Below, piece by piece: positions 17,062-25,843 of a DNA stretch of 60,430 bases. The notes under the pieces were generated by a model, which saw only the letters and a program-made list of their open reading frames with translations, did not search any database and was not told the DNA's origin. The position numbers were made by a program, and so were the translations under genes. Position 1 is the stretch's first letter. Every line of letters starts with the position of its first letter. Source of the stretch: Minisyncoccota bacterium (GTDB lineage: Bacteria; Patescibacteriota; Minisyncoccia; Phycocordibacterales; UBA9973); NCBI GenBank assembly GCA_041664465.1, contig JBAYKP010000005.1, positions 1 through 60,430 of the forward strand, read 5' to 3'.

Positions 17062-17143
17062 AATTTTAATTTATTTATTATTAATAATCCTTACTATTAT
17101 ACTATATAGTAAGATTATGAAAATTAGATGAAGAAGAAAAGTA

Positions 17144-18175
17144 TTATAGAGAAGGGAATATAACGATAAAAGTAGTACCTTTATTTACATTGCTATAGAC
17201 TTCTATTGTTCCTTTATGTTCATCAGCAATTTCTTTCACTATGGAGAGTCCGAGTCCTGCACTTGAAGAATTTTGAGTTCGGGAATTATCTGCCTTGTAG
17301 AATCTCTCAAATATTTGAGCTAAATCTTCCTTTTTAATACCGATACCGCTATCTTCTATAGATAAGGCAATTTTATTATTTCTTTTTCTAAGAGTTACCT
17401 TTACTTCGCCCCCTTTTTTATTATAATCAATAGCATTTTTCAAAAGGTTTATAACTAGACGGACCAAATCTTCTCTATTGCCAAGTATTTCTAGTCTATC
17501 ATCTACGAAATCTTCAATAGTAATATTCTTTATGCTTGCATAAATTCGCATAGTCTCTATTTGCTTTTTGCATATAAGAGAGAGGGAGACTTTAGATGTT
17601 AGATTTATCTTTTTGTTATTATTATGAGCAAGGAAAAGCAAGTCATTTGAAAGGGTGGTCAACCTTTCCACTTCTTCCAAGCATTCTTTCACGAATTTCT
17701 CATATTCATCGATTGTTCTATTATTTCTTAATATGACTTCTGCTCCAGCTTTCATTACTGCAAGTGGAGTCCGAAGTTCATGAGCAGCATCAGCTACGAA
17801 TCTCGTCTGCCTCTTATAAGATTCTTCCAAAGGAGCGAGAGTTTTCTTCGAAGAGATATAAGCCACGATTAAAGTTAAGAGTAAAATTATCGCATCAGAG
17901 ATAAGGAGAATATTGAAGAGATTATCTTGTATTTCTTGCATCCTATTCTCTTCTTCTTCATTCAGATAATTTTCTGACAAAGATACTTCTTTATTTTCAT
18001 GTTCTTTTATTTGGAGGCTATTTACAAATAGACCATAGACCATAATATTGAAAATAGTTAAAACGACGAAAACTCCCAATGTATAATACGTCGTTAAAAG
18101 TAGAACGGCCTTTTTAAAATTATTTTGATTTGAAGGTGTAGCCGACACCCCTAATTGTTTTAATATATTTTTCAT
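17144..18175 (-). CDS. Sensor histidine kinase
   Basis: H-box AAHELRTPL, N/G boxes (NLLKNAIDY, DSGIGI, GLGLSIV), two N-terminal TM helices. Confidence 0.9.
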   Translation of the reverse strand: MKNILKQLGVSATPSNQNNFKKAVLLLTTYYTLGVFVVLTIFNIMVYGLFVNSLQIKEHENKEVSLSENYLNEEEENRMQEIQDNLFNILLISDAIILLLTLIVAYISSKKTLAPLEESYKRQTRFVADAAHELRTPLAVMKAGAEVILRNNRTIDEYEKFVKECLEEVERLTTLSNDLLFLAHNNNKKINLTSKVSLSLICKKQIETMRIYASIKNITIEDFVDDRLEILGNREDLVRLVINLLKNAIDYNKKGGEVKVTLRKRNNKIALSIEDSGIGIKKEDLAQIFERFYKADNSRTQNSSSAGLGLSIVKEIADEHKGTIEVYSNVNKGTTFIVIFPSL

Positions 18176-18788
18176 TTGTATCTTTTAATTTTTTCCTTAA
18201 TTGTTTTATATAAACATCTGTTATGTTACTAAATGCACTATATGCGAAATCCCAACAATGTAGAAGTAGTTGCTCTCTAGTGATGACATTATCAGCGTTT
18301 CTCATCAAGTATTCTAAAATAGCATATTCTTTGAGAGTTAAAGATATTAGTACTCCCTTTTTTGTCGCAATATGTTTACTATCATCAAGTATAATATCTT
18401 GAATCTTTAATTGTGTGATTACTTTTTCTTGAGGCCTTCGAAGTAGAGCTCGTACTCTGGCTAGTAGCTCCTTCATCTCAAATGGTTTGACCAAGTAATC
18501 ATCCGCTCCACTATCAAGACCTAGAATCTTATCATCTAGCTCTCCCTTAGATGTCATCATAATTATCGGTAAATTTACGTTATCATCTCTTAAACTTTTA
18601 CAAATAGAGATACCATCTTTCTTTGGTAGCATTACATCAAGGATTATCAAGTCATGATTCAAAGAGCGGGCTTGCCTTTCGCCAGTCTCTCCGTCGGAAG
18701 CCACATCTACCGCATAGCCCTCTTCTTCGAGCATTTGCTTGGTATACTTGGCTAATTTTTCATTGTCTTCTGTTATTAGTATTCTCAT
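18120..18788 (-). CDS. OmpR-family response regulator
   Basis: Receiver domain (DLIILDVMLPKKDG) plus a winged-helix output domain (TIRGVGYTF). Confidence 0.9.
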   Translation of the reverse strand: MRILITEDNEKLAKYTKQMLEEEGYAVDVASDGETGERQARSLNHDLIILDVMLPKKDGISICKSLRDDNVNLPIIMMTSKGELDDKILGLDSGADDYLVKPFEMKELLARVRALLRRPQEKVITQLKIQDIILDDSKHIATKKGVLISLTLKEYAILEYLMRNADNVITREQLLLHCWDFAYSAFSNITDVYIKQLRKKLKDTNEKYIKTIRGVGYTFKSK

Positions 18789-18844
18789 AATTGATATAAT
18801 AATTTATTCATCTTTTATTCATCTTATTATTGTACTATATAAAT

Positions 18845-19744
18845 ATGATAGAAGAATTTGAGTATAATGGCAAGGCGATGGGGACGAGCTATTCCATAGC
18901 GATAGTTTGCAGTAGTGAAGCACTTGCTGATAGTTTATATGAAATTGCCAAGGATGACATCATCTCATATGAGGCTTGTTTTTCTAGATTTTTAACTACA
19001 AGCGAGCTTTCAATATTGAATAAAGAGAAAAATAAAATTGTCTCAGAGATTTTCCTAGAAGTGACCTTAAAAGCTTATCAACTCTTCAATAAAACACGGG
19101 GGATATTCAATCCGTTGGTCTCAGTTTCAAGATTGGGGTACAACAAGAACTTCGTTGACTTAGAGGATGATAGAAATATAAATGATGAAAGTTTTTATGA
19201 TATTGATTTTTCAGAAGTTATTATTGATAAAAAAGAATCCAAGATTATACTAAACGATGGTCAGAATCTTGATTATGGAGGATTCCTCAAGGGCTACTTG
19301 GCAGAAATAATTGCTGACAAAATAAGATCACATTCACCTGATATTAAAGGTGTAATTGTGAATCTGGGTGGAGATATTCACACTAAAGGATTAGATAAAA
19401 ATGGCTATAAATTTATCTTCAATATTTATAATCCTGTTTCAAAAGATAAAGATGTTACTGTGGTCGTTTACAATCAAAGTCTGGCAACCAGCGGTACTTA
19501 TAAAAGATCCTGGCACAATTTAGGAGAAAAGATTCATCATATTCTAGATATAACAGGTAGGAAAAATCCCGATAATGATATAATATCAGTTAGTATCATT
19601 TGCAATGATGGTGGGGAGTCAGAAGCTTACACGAAAGTTTTCCTTTCTATGGATCCTGACAAAGCCATTAAATTATTGGGGGAAAATAATCTTTCATTTA
19701 TAATTATAAAAAATAATGGAGAAGTGATAAAGAATATAATATGA
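18845..19744 (+). CDS. apbE: ApbE-family FAD:protein FMN transferase
   Basis: NLGGDIHTKG and LATSGTYKRSW match conserved ApbE motifs. No obvious signal peptide or lipobox. Confidence 0.8.
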   Translation: MIEEFEYNGKAMGTSYSIAIVCSSEALADSLYEIAKDDIISYEACFSRFLTTSELSILNKEKNKIVSEIFLEVTLKAYQLFNKTRGIFNPLVSVSRLGYNKNFVDLEDDRNINDESFYDIDFSEVIIDKKESKIILNDGQNLDYGGFLKGYLAEIIADKIRSHSPDIKGVIVNLGGDIHTKGLDKNGYKFIFNIYNPVSKDKDVTVVVYNQSLATSGTYKRSWHNLGEKIHHILDITGRKNPDNDIISVSIICNDGGESEAYTKVFLSMDPDKAIKLLGENNLSFIIIKNNGEVIKNII

Positions 19745-20352
19745 AAACATATTTCACTGTAATTAAATATACTCAAGAAGCATTGTTAGGTATTTCTATC
19801 TTTCTACTAATGTACCTACCCTTAATGATTGTTTTTCGTCCGGATGTGATTTCGGGAGGTGTTACAACGAATCTTTATTTGGTTGCACACATATTTTTAT
19901 TTTTTGTGATGATTATAAGACCATTGGCGGATATTTTCACGAAAACTATTTGGTTAAGACCTCTAGTCATATTAAGAAAGGGCACAGGCGTTTTCTCGGC
20001 TTCTATTATAGTCTCTTTTATTTTTGCTAAATTGATGATTGATCCATCAGGATATTTAGCTAGCTTCAGCACTCTCAAATATTGGTCTATGGTCAATTAT
20101 GCTGTCCTAGCTCATCTCGCTGATATCTCCGCTGTTATTCTCATCATAACTTCCAATAATTTTTCTAAGAAAATACTTGGTGATTGGTGGAAAAAGATTC
20201 AACAGCTCTCATATGTGTACTTTTATGGTAGTGTATTATATGTGTATCTCTCATATGGGAATAGTTATCTGTTATATGCTCTTATCATTATAACTTTGTT
20301 GACATACTTGGCTTATCTTAAAAATAAAAGAAAATTAATATTAAATATATGA
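19741..20352 (+). CDS. Ferric-reductase-like (MsrQ/FRD-type) transmembrane protein
   Basis: Six hydrophobic helices with His in VAHIFLF and LAHLADI. ATGA overlaps with both neighbours. Confidence 0.5.
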   Translation: MKTYFTVIKYTQEALLGISIFLLMYLPLMIVFRPDVISGGVTTNLYLVAHIFLFFVMIIRPLADIFTKTIWLRPLVILRKGTGVFSASIIVSFIFAKLMIDPSGYLASFSTLKYWSMVNYAVLAHLADISAVILIITSNNFSKKILGDWWKKIQQLSYVYFYGSVLYVYLSYGNSYLLYALIIITLLTYLAYLKNKRKLILNI

Positions 20353-21050
20353 ACATAAAAAAGTTTACAGGAGAAATAACACAAATAATAGATTTATCTA
20401 AAACAGCCAAAGAAGTTTCTATAAAATTAAATGAGTCCATAGAATTTCTATCGGGGAGTTTTATGAACATCTTTATAGACGTTAATGGCGAAAAGGTAAG
20501 GAGAGCTTACTCTATCTCATCTTCTATAAACGATCATAATAATATTACTTTAAGTATTAGATTAAGTCCTTCTGGCACTGTCACGCCGATATTTTGGAGT
20601 AAAGATATGATAGGTTCTACTCTAGAATTGATGGGGCCAATGGGGCTTAATACTGTAGATAAAATGCATCACGATAAAGTATATCTATTCGCTTTTGGCA
20701 TTGGTGTCGGTGTTGTAAAATCAATCACTGATTATTTTGCCAATATTAAAAAAGTAGAACATCTAACTATTTATACGGGCAGTAGAAGTGAAGATGAAAT
20801 TATTTATAAAGATTATTTTGATAATTTATCAAAAAGTCACGATAACGTATCTGTAAAATATATTGTCTCTCTTCCAAGTGATGGCTCTCGTTTCCCCAAA
20901 GGATATATCCAAGATTTTATAGGGGATCTTGATTTCAATAACTCCGATGTTTACGTTTGTGGGCAAGAGAAAGCCTGTAGCGACTTAGTGGGGAAGGTAA
21001 ACAGTATGAATCCATCAGATTGCAGTTTCTTTATTGAGAGTTTCCACTAA
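20349..21050 (+). CDS. FNR-like FAD/NAD(P)H oxidoreductase
   Basis: RRAYSISS (RxYS flavin motif), GPMG, LFAFGIGVGV (nucleotide-binding), VYVCGQ. Confidence 0.75.
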   Translation: MNIKKFTGEITQIIDLSKTAKEVSIKLNESIEFLSGSFMNIFIDVNGEKVRRAYSISSSINDHNNITLSIRLSPSGTVTPIFWSKDMIGSTLELMGPMGLNTVDKMHHDKVYLFAFGIGVGVVKSITDYFANIKKVEHLTIYTGSRSEDEIIYKDYFDNLSKSHDNVSVKYIVSLPSDGSRFPKGYIQDFIGDLDFNNSDVYVCGQEKACSDLVGKVNSMNPSDCSFFIESFH

Positions 21051-21062
21051 TAAATAATAATT

Positions 21063-21701
21063 TTATTCACCAAACATTTCTCTATCTTTTTTGAATAGAT
21101 ATAAAGCCATATGGAAGATAGTATAAGTGATGAAGAAAGCAGAGAGAACATCAATAGAATAATGATAATGCCCTAAAAGCACAATTATTCCCATAAAAAT
21201 TGAATAAGCCAAGAGGAAATATCTTAAGGTTCTATTTTGCCAAAAAATTAGAGCCAATAAAAAGGGAATTCCTGTATGCCCTGAGAAGAATAAATCTCCA
21301 CCGAAAGTGAATTTATTAACGAAGATGTTACTATTATTCATCATAGCTTGAGTAGGAAATGGTCCAATATGAGTCAGACTAATAAAAACAGAACGAATAA
21401 TTATAAAAAGAGATAAACTATTTGTCACAAAAGGTATTTTCCTAGGGTTAGAAAGACAGAGCATTAACATAAAAATAAAAAGGAAAATTGGAGCATAAAC
21501 GAAAAAGCCATCTACATCAAAAGGTCTAATATTACTAAGAATAATATCTGTTACTGGGAGGCTAGCACTTTTTGCAGCATAAGTACCAGCGTAAAAATTA
21601 ATGAGTACAGCTACAAAAAGAAAAATGATAGAAGAAATAAAAGAGATTATGAATTCTTTTTTTGAAAAGTAATGCTTATATTTTGTTTTTATTTTCTCCA
21701 T
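21063..21701 (-). CDS. PAP2_C / sphingomyelin-synthase-like membrane phosphotransferase
   Basis: FFSGHTG ... GHYHYSIDV matches the SGH / HYxxDV motifs of the PAP2_C family. Confidence 0.65.
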   Translation of the reverse strand: MEKIKTKYKHYFSKKEFIISFISSIIFLFVAVLINFYAGTYAAKSASLPVTDIILSNIRPFDVDGFFVYAPIFLFIFMLMLCLSNPRKIPFVTNSLSLFIIIRSVFISLTHIGPFPTQAMMNNSNIFVNKFTFGGDLFFSGHTGIPFLLALIFWQNRTLRYFLLAYSIFMGIIVLLGHYHYSIDVLSAFFITYTIFHMALYLFKKDREMFGE

Positions 21702-21719
21702 TTTTTATTAGTTTATTTT

Positions 21720-22727
21720 TTAATTAATTTCTATATCCACATACATAATCTCGGGGAATTTATCTTTTATTCTTTTTTCTATTTCATCTATTCGTGTTCC
21801 TACAAGACGCGGAATTCTATCGGTAGTCTTGAACATTAGCTTGGCGAATTCTTGAAAATTATTCTTAATATCGTCAAATTCTTCTTTCAAATCTCCAGCT
21901 TCATATATTTCTTCATAAAGAGGGGAGCCGTTCCACTCTACCGTCGTGTAGATTCTATATTTGTTGATATCTATTGCGACAGATTTGAATTCAGAGACGT
22001 TCTCTATACAAGGATCTTCCAATAATAATTCTATTATTTCCTCTGTTATTTCTTCATTTAAAGGTTTACCAATAATATAATTATGATTTTTAATTATGAG
22101 AATGATTGCCAAGAATCCAAGGATAAGTCCGACTATAATACCACCTATTGAGTCATAAGTGCTATTACCTGTCATATACATTAATCCTTGTGCAAGGAGG
22201 GCGACCAAGACCCCGAGTACTGCCGCACTATCCTCATATACGACGGCAAGAGTCACAGGATCTGCATCTGTAAAGATTTTTTTAGAAAGTTTTTCTTTCC
22301 CTTTTAATTCTTTTATTGCAATATACAAAGTGACGCCTTCAACTACAAAAGCAATACATAAAACTACAATAGTAAAATAATTAAAATGATTGAGAGAATT
22401 TGTACTTGTATCAAGTAAAGAATCAATAGAGTGGTAAATGGTGACCCCCGCTCCGATAAATAGAATTCCGCAAGCAGATATGAGAGACCAGAAGAACCTT
22501 TCAATGCCGTAACCATATCCGTGGATATCATCGGCGGGTCTCTTGGATCTTTTTAATCCTATTAGAAGGAGAGATTGGTTCAAAGTATCGGCGAAACTAT
22601 GCACACTTTCAGCAAACATACTGGCCGAGCCAGAAAAGATAGCGACAATACTCTTGATAATAGTGACGAAAGTATTACCTATAAGGGCAGCAGTCACAGA
22701 CTTATTGCCTTGTGTTTTATGAGACAT
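21720..22727 (-). CDS. Cation diffusion facilitator (CDF) transporter
   Basis: TM2 HSFADTLNQ motif, six TM helices, cytoplasmic C-terminal domain. Confidence 0.8.
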   Translation of the reverse strand: MSHKTQGNKSVTAALIGNTFVTIIKSIVAIFSGSASMFAESVHSFADTLNQSLLLIGLKRSKRPADDIHGYGYGIERFFWSLISACGILFIGAGVTIYHSIDSLLDTSTNSLNHFNYFTIVVLCIAFVVEGVTLYIAIKELKGKEKLSKKIFTDADPVTLAVVYEDSAAVLGVLVALLAQGLMYMTGNSTYDSIGGIIVGLILGFLAIILIIKNHNYIIGKPLNEEITEEIIELLLEDPCIENVSEFKSVAIDINKYRIYTTVEWNGSPLYEEIYEAGDLKEEFDDIKNNFQEFAKLMFKTTDRIPRLVGTRIDEIEKRIKDKFPEIMYVDIEIN

Positions 22728-22760
22728 AAGGTAAATTATAGCACAAAAAGTCTTTTCTAA

Positions 22761-23588
22761 TTATTGAAATATTTGAGGTCCACAACGACGGCAGCCATTG
22801 TCATCTGTAACAATTTCTTTGAAACCTTTGGCAACTTTTCTAAGATCATCACTGATTCCTTCTAATAGATATTTAAAATTACTTTTATGCTCAGAGTCCA
22901 ATTGTATTTCATTTTTTAGTGGTGGCCCAAATGTCTCTTTATTTTTATTCTGTTGAATATATTGTACATTTTTTACATCTCCTTGATTAAGATTTGTGAG
23001 AGCTATCGTTGTCGGAATTTGATCTGGAGATATAGGAGCATTAGAATCAGCCATAGAAGCTAGGTTTTGAGTTTCTTGGAATAATTCTTTTATTTTATCA
23101 AAAATATTTTTGTATTCCATCAATAATTTATTGAGTTCGCGTAGGCTTTGGAATTCTTTACTTGGGTTATCATTAAAAATTTCTAATAAACCACTGTTTT
23201 CTATATCTGTAATCTTTGATAAATATTCATTAGTTGCATCTATATTGTAGAACTTTAAAACTATAAGGTCTTTTAATTTTTGATCATTAAGATTAAAAGG
23301 ATTGTCTATTTTATTTTTAATCTGGAGTGCTATCTTGTGGACTTCTCCTGCCTTTTTATCCAAGGAATTTTTCAATTCTATTATTTTTTCATTCCTTTGG
23401 TATATTTTATCTACATAAATTTCCTGATAGTTTATACTTTTTTCTGTTGTTGGTTTGACTGTATCTAAAGTAGGGGAATTAGGAGCATCTTTTGTGTCTG
23501 CCAATGCACCCATTGCTGTGCCTGCTAAAACCGAAGTAGTTACAACGGCATCATGTTTGAATTTATTAAATATATTTTCTAATCCCAT
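22761..23588 (-). CDS. Hypothetical protein
   Basis: 275-aa ORF with coding-like composition. No motif recognised. Confidence 0.5.
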   Translation of the reverse strand: MGLENIFNKFKHDAVVTTSVLAGTAMGALADTKDAPNSPTLDTVKPTTEKSINYQEIYVDKIYQRNEKIIELKNSLDKKAGEVHKIALQIKNKIDNPFNLNDQKLKDLIVLKFYNIDATNEYLSKITDIENSGLLEIFNDNPSKEFQSLRELNKLLMEYKNIFDKIKELFQETQNLASMADSNAPISPDQIPTTIALTNLNQGDVKNVQYIQQNKNKETFGPPLKNEIQLDSEHKSNFKYLLEGISDDLRKVAKGFKEIVTDDNGCRRCGPQIFQ

Positions 23589-23596
23589 ATATTTTT

Positions 23597-23791
23597 TTAC
23601 TCTATTTTTAGACCTGCCTTTTCTGCAAGATTTAAAAGTTTTTTAATTTCTGGATTTCCCTCATTTCCTTTTAGCATATCTTTCAATTGCTCTGCCATTT
23701 CAAGAAGTTTTTTAGATTCAGGGGTGGCTATTTGTGCATCTGGGGTTATTGCAGGAGTACTTTCATTTGTAAAACTAAGTTTTTCAGTCAT
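23597..23791 (-). CDS. Small helical hypothetical protein
   Basis: 64 aa, 8 nt upstream of the preceding gene on the same strand. Confidence 0.4.
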   Translation of the reverse strand: MTEKLSFTNESTPAITPDAQIATPESKKLLEMAEQLKDMLKGNEGNPEIKKLLNLAEKAGLKIE

Positions 23792-23817
23792 AATTTTTTA
23801 AAAAATTAATTAATAAT

Positions 23818-23952
23818 TTATTCTGTCTTTAAATCCTCCTTTATTTCCTCAAGAAGTTTTGTAAATTCTTTTGTGAAAGCTGTCACTTCCTCTTTGGTTG
23901 CAGTTTTGTTTTTTATTTTTGCTGCGATTTCTAACATTGTTTTTTCGTCCAT
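23818..23952 (-). CDS. Possible 44-aa helical protein
   Basis: Manual translation gives MDEKTMLEIAAKIKNKTATKEEVTAFTKEFTKLLEEIKEDLKTE. It is co-oriented with two downstream genes. Confidence 0.3.
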   Translation of the reverse strand: MDEKTMLEIAAKIKNKTATKEEVTAFTKEFTKLLEEIKEDLKTE

Positions 23953-24193
23953 ATTTTTAAATAATTTATGTTTTTAAAGCGACCGTAGTATTATATTTGA
24001 TATTATAACCTATTTTTACCTTAAAAAATACAATATTCTTAATATATGAGTATTATACAGTATTAAGAAGATTTAGTCAATGGTTGGGGAGGTGTTTGAG
24101 AGGGAATTTGCGATAAATTTTCTTTATTTTAAGTATTAAGGTTATAATACAAATATTACTAATAACAAAACATAAGAAATATAGGTCAGACCT

Positions 24194-24874
24194 ATGGGAC
24201 AAACAAAATATATGAGTTTAAATATAAAAACAACAAAAGATTTAGAAGAGGTGGCAGAATTTACTGCCAATTCTATAAATAAACAGTTAGAACTTAGCAA
24301 GAGGGTTCTATGGTTTGTGACCGGCGGTTCTTCTATAAAAGTAGAATCCCAAATAGCTCCCAAGATAAATACAAACTTTCCCGGTAGACTTGTCATTACA
24401 TTGACAGATGAAAGATTCGGCGATGAGAACCATCCAGATTCAAATTGGTATCAGTTAAAACAATTAGGTTTCGAAATAGAGAAAGTAAAGATTATTAATT
24501 TTCTTGAAGGTGAAAGCTTCGCAGATACCGTTAAAAGACTCAGGATTGTTTTGAAAGAAGAATTAGCTAAAGCAGATTATAAAATAGGTAACTTTGGTAT
24601 AGGTATAGATGGGCATACGGCAGGAATCTTGCCTCATACTGATGCTGTAAATTCTCCGGAATTAGTTTGCGCTTATGATACACCACAGTTTGATCGAATT
24701 ACCATTACGCCGAAAGTAATTAGAGAATTAGATGAAGCAGTCGTCTTTGCAATGGGAGAAAATAAATGGCCAATACTTGAAAAATTAGGAAAAGAATTCC
24801 CACTAGAAGAAGATCCTTCTCAAATATTGAAAAGTATTCCTTTATTAACAATCTTTACAGATAAAAAAGTATAA
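24194..24874 (+). CDS. pgl: 6-phosphogluconolactonase
   Basis: VTGGSS, LTDERF and GIDGHTAGI motifs of the SOL/DevB family. Confidence 0.85.
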   Translation: MGQTKYMSLNIKTTKDLEEVAEFTANSINKQLELSKRVLWFVTGGSSIKVESQIAPKINTNFPGRLVITLTDERFGDENHPDSNWYQLKQLGFEIEKVKIINFLEGESFADTVKRLRIVLKEELAKADYKIGNFGIGIDGHTAGILPHTDAVNSPELVCAYDTPQFDRITITPKVIRELDEAVVFAMGENKWPILEKLGKEFPLEEDPSQILKSIPLLTIFTDKKV

Positions 24875-24878
24875 TAAG

Positions 24879-24919
24879 ACCACATGTCAGACTTGTGGAT
24901 TCCACAAGTCTGACATGTG
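24879..24919. repeat. REPIN-like palindrome doublet
   Basis: ccacatgtcagacttgtgg-att-ccacaagtctgacatgtgg, with 19-bp perfect arms. Confidence 0.85.
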
Positions 24920-24932
24920 GACAAAGAAATAT

Positions 24933-25838
24933 ATGAAAATTGCAATTTATGGTTTAGGTAAAATGGGTAGTCAGATTGCTCGTAAACTCTACGAGGGAGG
25001 GCATACCGTGATAGCCTCAAATAGAAGTAGCGGGCTTGTAGATGAGATGAAAAGTTTAGGTATGACAGGAGCTTATTCTCATGAAGAGGTTGTTATTTCG
25101 TTCGGTGGTGATCAAGTAATCATTTGGATTATGGTGCCGTCAGATGTCGTAGATACTGAAATAGATACTTGGCTTTCTCTCGTACCTAAGGGAAGTATTT
25201 TAATAGATGGAGGGAATTCTAAATGGAGTGATACGAAAAAGAGAGCAGAAAAAGTAAAAGAAGCTGGTTCTACTCTTATTGATATTGGTACTTCTGGCGG
25301 AGTTTGGGGTTATCAGAATGGCTTTTCTATGATGATAGGTGGAGATAAAGATGGAGTAGAGATGATCAAACCCATGTTAGAAACTTTAAAAGAACCGACA
25401 GGGCATTATGAATATTTTGGGGAAAATGGAGCTGGGCATTTCGTGAAGATGGTCCATAATGCCATAGAATATGGAATGATGGAAAGTTTAGCCGAAGGAT
25501 ATAGAATCCTCAAAGAAGGTCCATACAAAAATTTGGATTTATACAAAGCCGGTGTCGTCTGGCAAAAGAGGAGTGTTATAACTTCTTGGCTTAATGAGCT
25601 TACAAGAGATATAATGAAAGATAATCCAAATCAAAATGGAGTAGAAGGAGTAGTTGCTGAATCAGGAGAAGCACGTTGGGCACTTGAAGTGGCTAAAGAA
25701 TTCAATATAGAAGCTCCATCTATACAAGCATCTTTTGACGTCAGATTAGAATCACAAAATGGCTCTGTGAATTTTGCCACCAAGTTACTGGCATCAATGC
25801 GTAATGCTTTCGGTGGACATAAAATAAATAATAAATAA
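24933..25838 (+). CDS. gnd: 6-phosphogluconate dehydrogenase (short, decarboxylating type)
   Basis: MKIAIYGLGKMG (NAD(P) fold) and GAGHFVKMVHNAIEYGMM. The ATG at 24933 is preferred, because the track start at 24915 lies inside the palindrome. Confidence 0.85.
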   Translation: MKIAIYGLGKMGSQIARKLYEGGHTVIASNRSSGLVDEMKSLGMTGAYSHEEVVISFGGDQVIIWIMVPSDVVDTEIDTWLSLVPKGSILIDGGNSKWSDTKKRAEKVKEAGSTLIDIGTSGGVWGYQNGFSMMIGGDKDGVEMIKPMLETLKEPTGHYEYFGENGAGHFVKMVHNAIEYGMMESLAEGYRILKEGPYKNLDLYKAGVVWQKRSVITSWLNELTRDIMKDNPNQNGVEGVVAESGEARWALEVAKEFNIEAPSIQASFDVRLESQNGSVNFATKLLASMRNAFGGHKINNK

Positions 25839-25843
25839 TTAAG

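Noticed and set aside
16949-17131. Plus-strand 60-aa ORF in the track.
   Set aside because: The opposite strand encodes a textbook rubredoxin over the same nucleotides.
18120-18175. A 56-nt overlap between the response-regulator stop and the histidine-kinase start.
   Set aside because: It is probably a genuine but unremarkable overlap. No alternative downstream start preserves the first TM helix. It is not evidence of recoding.
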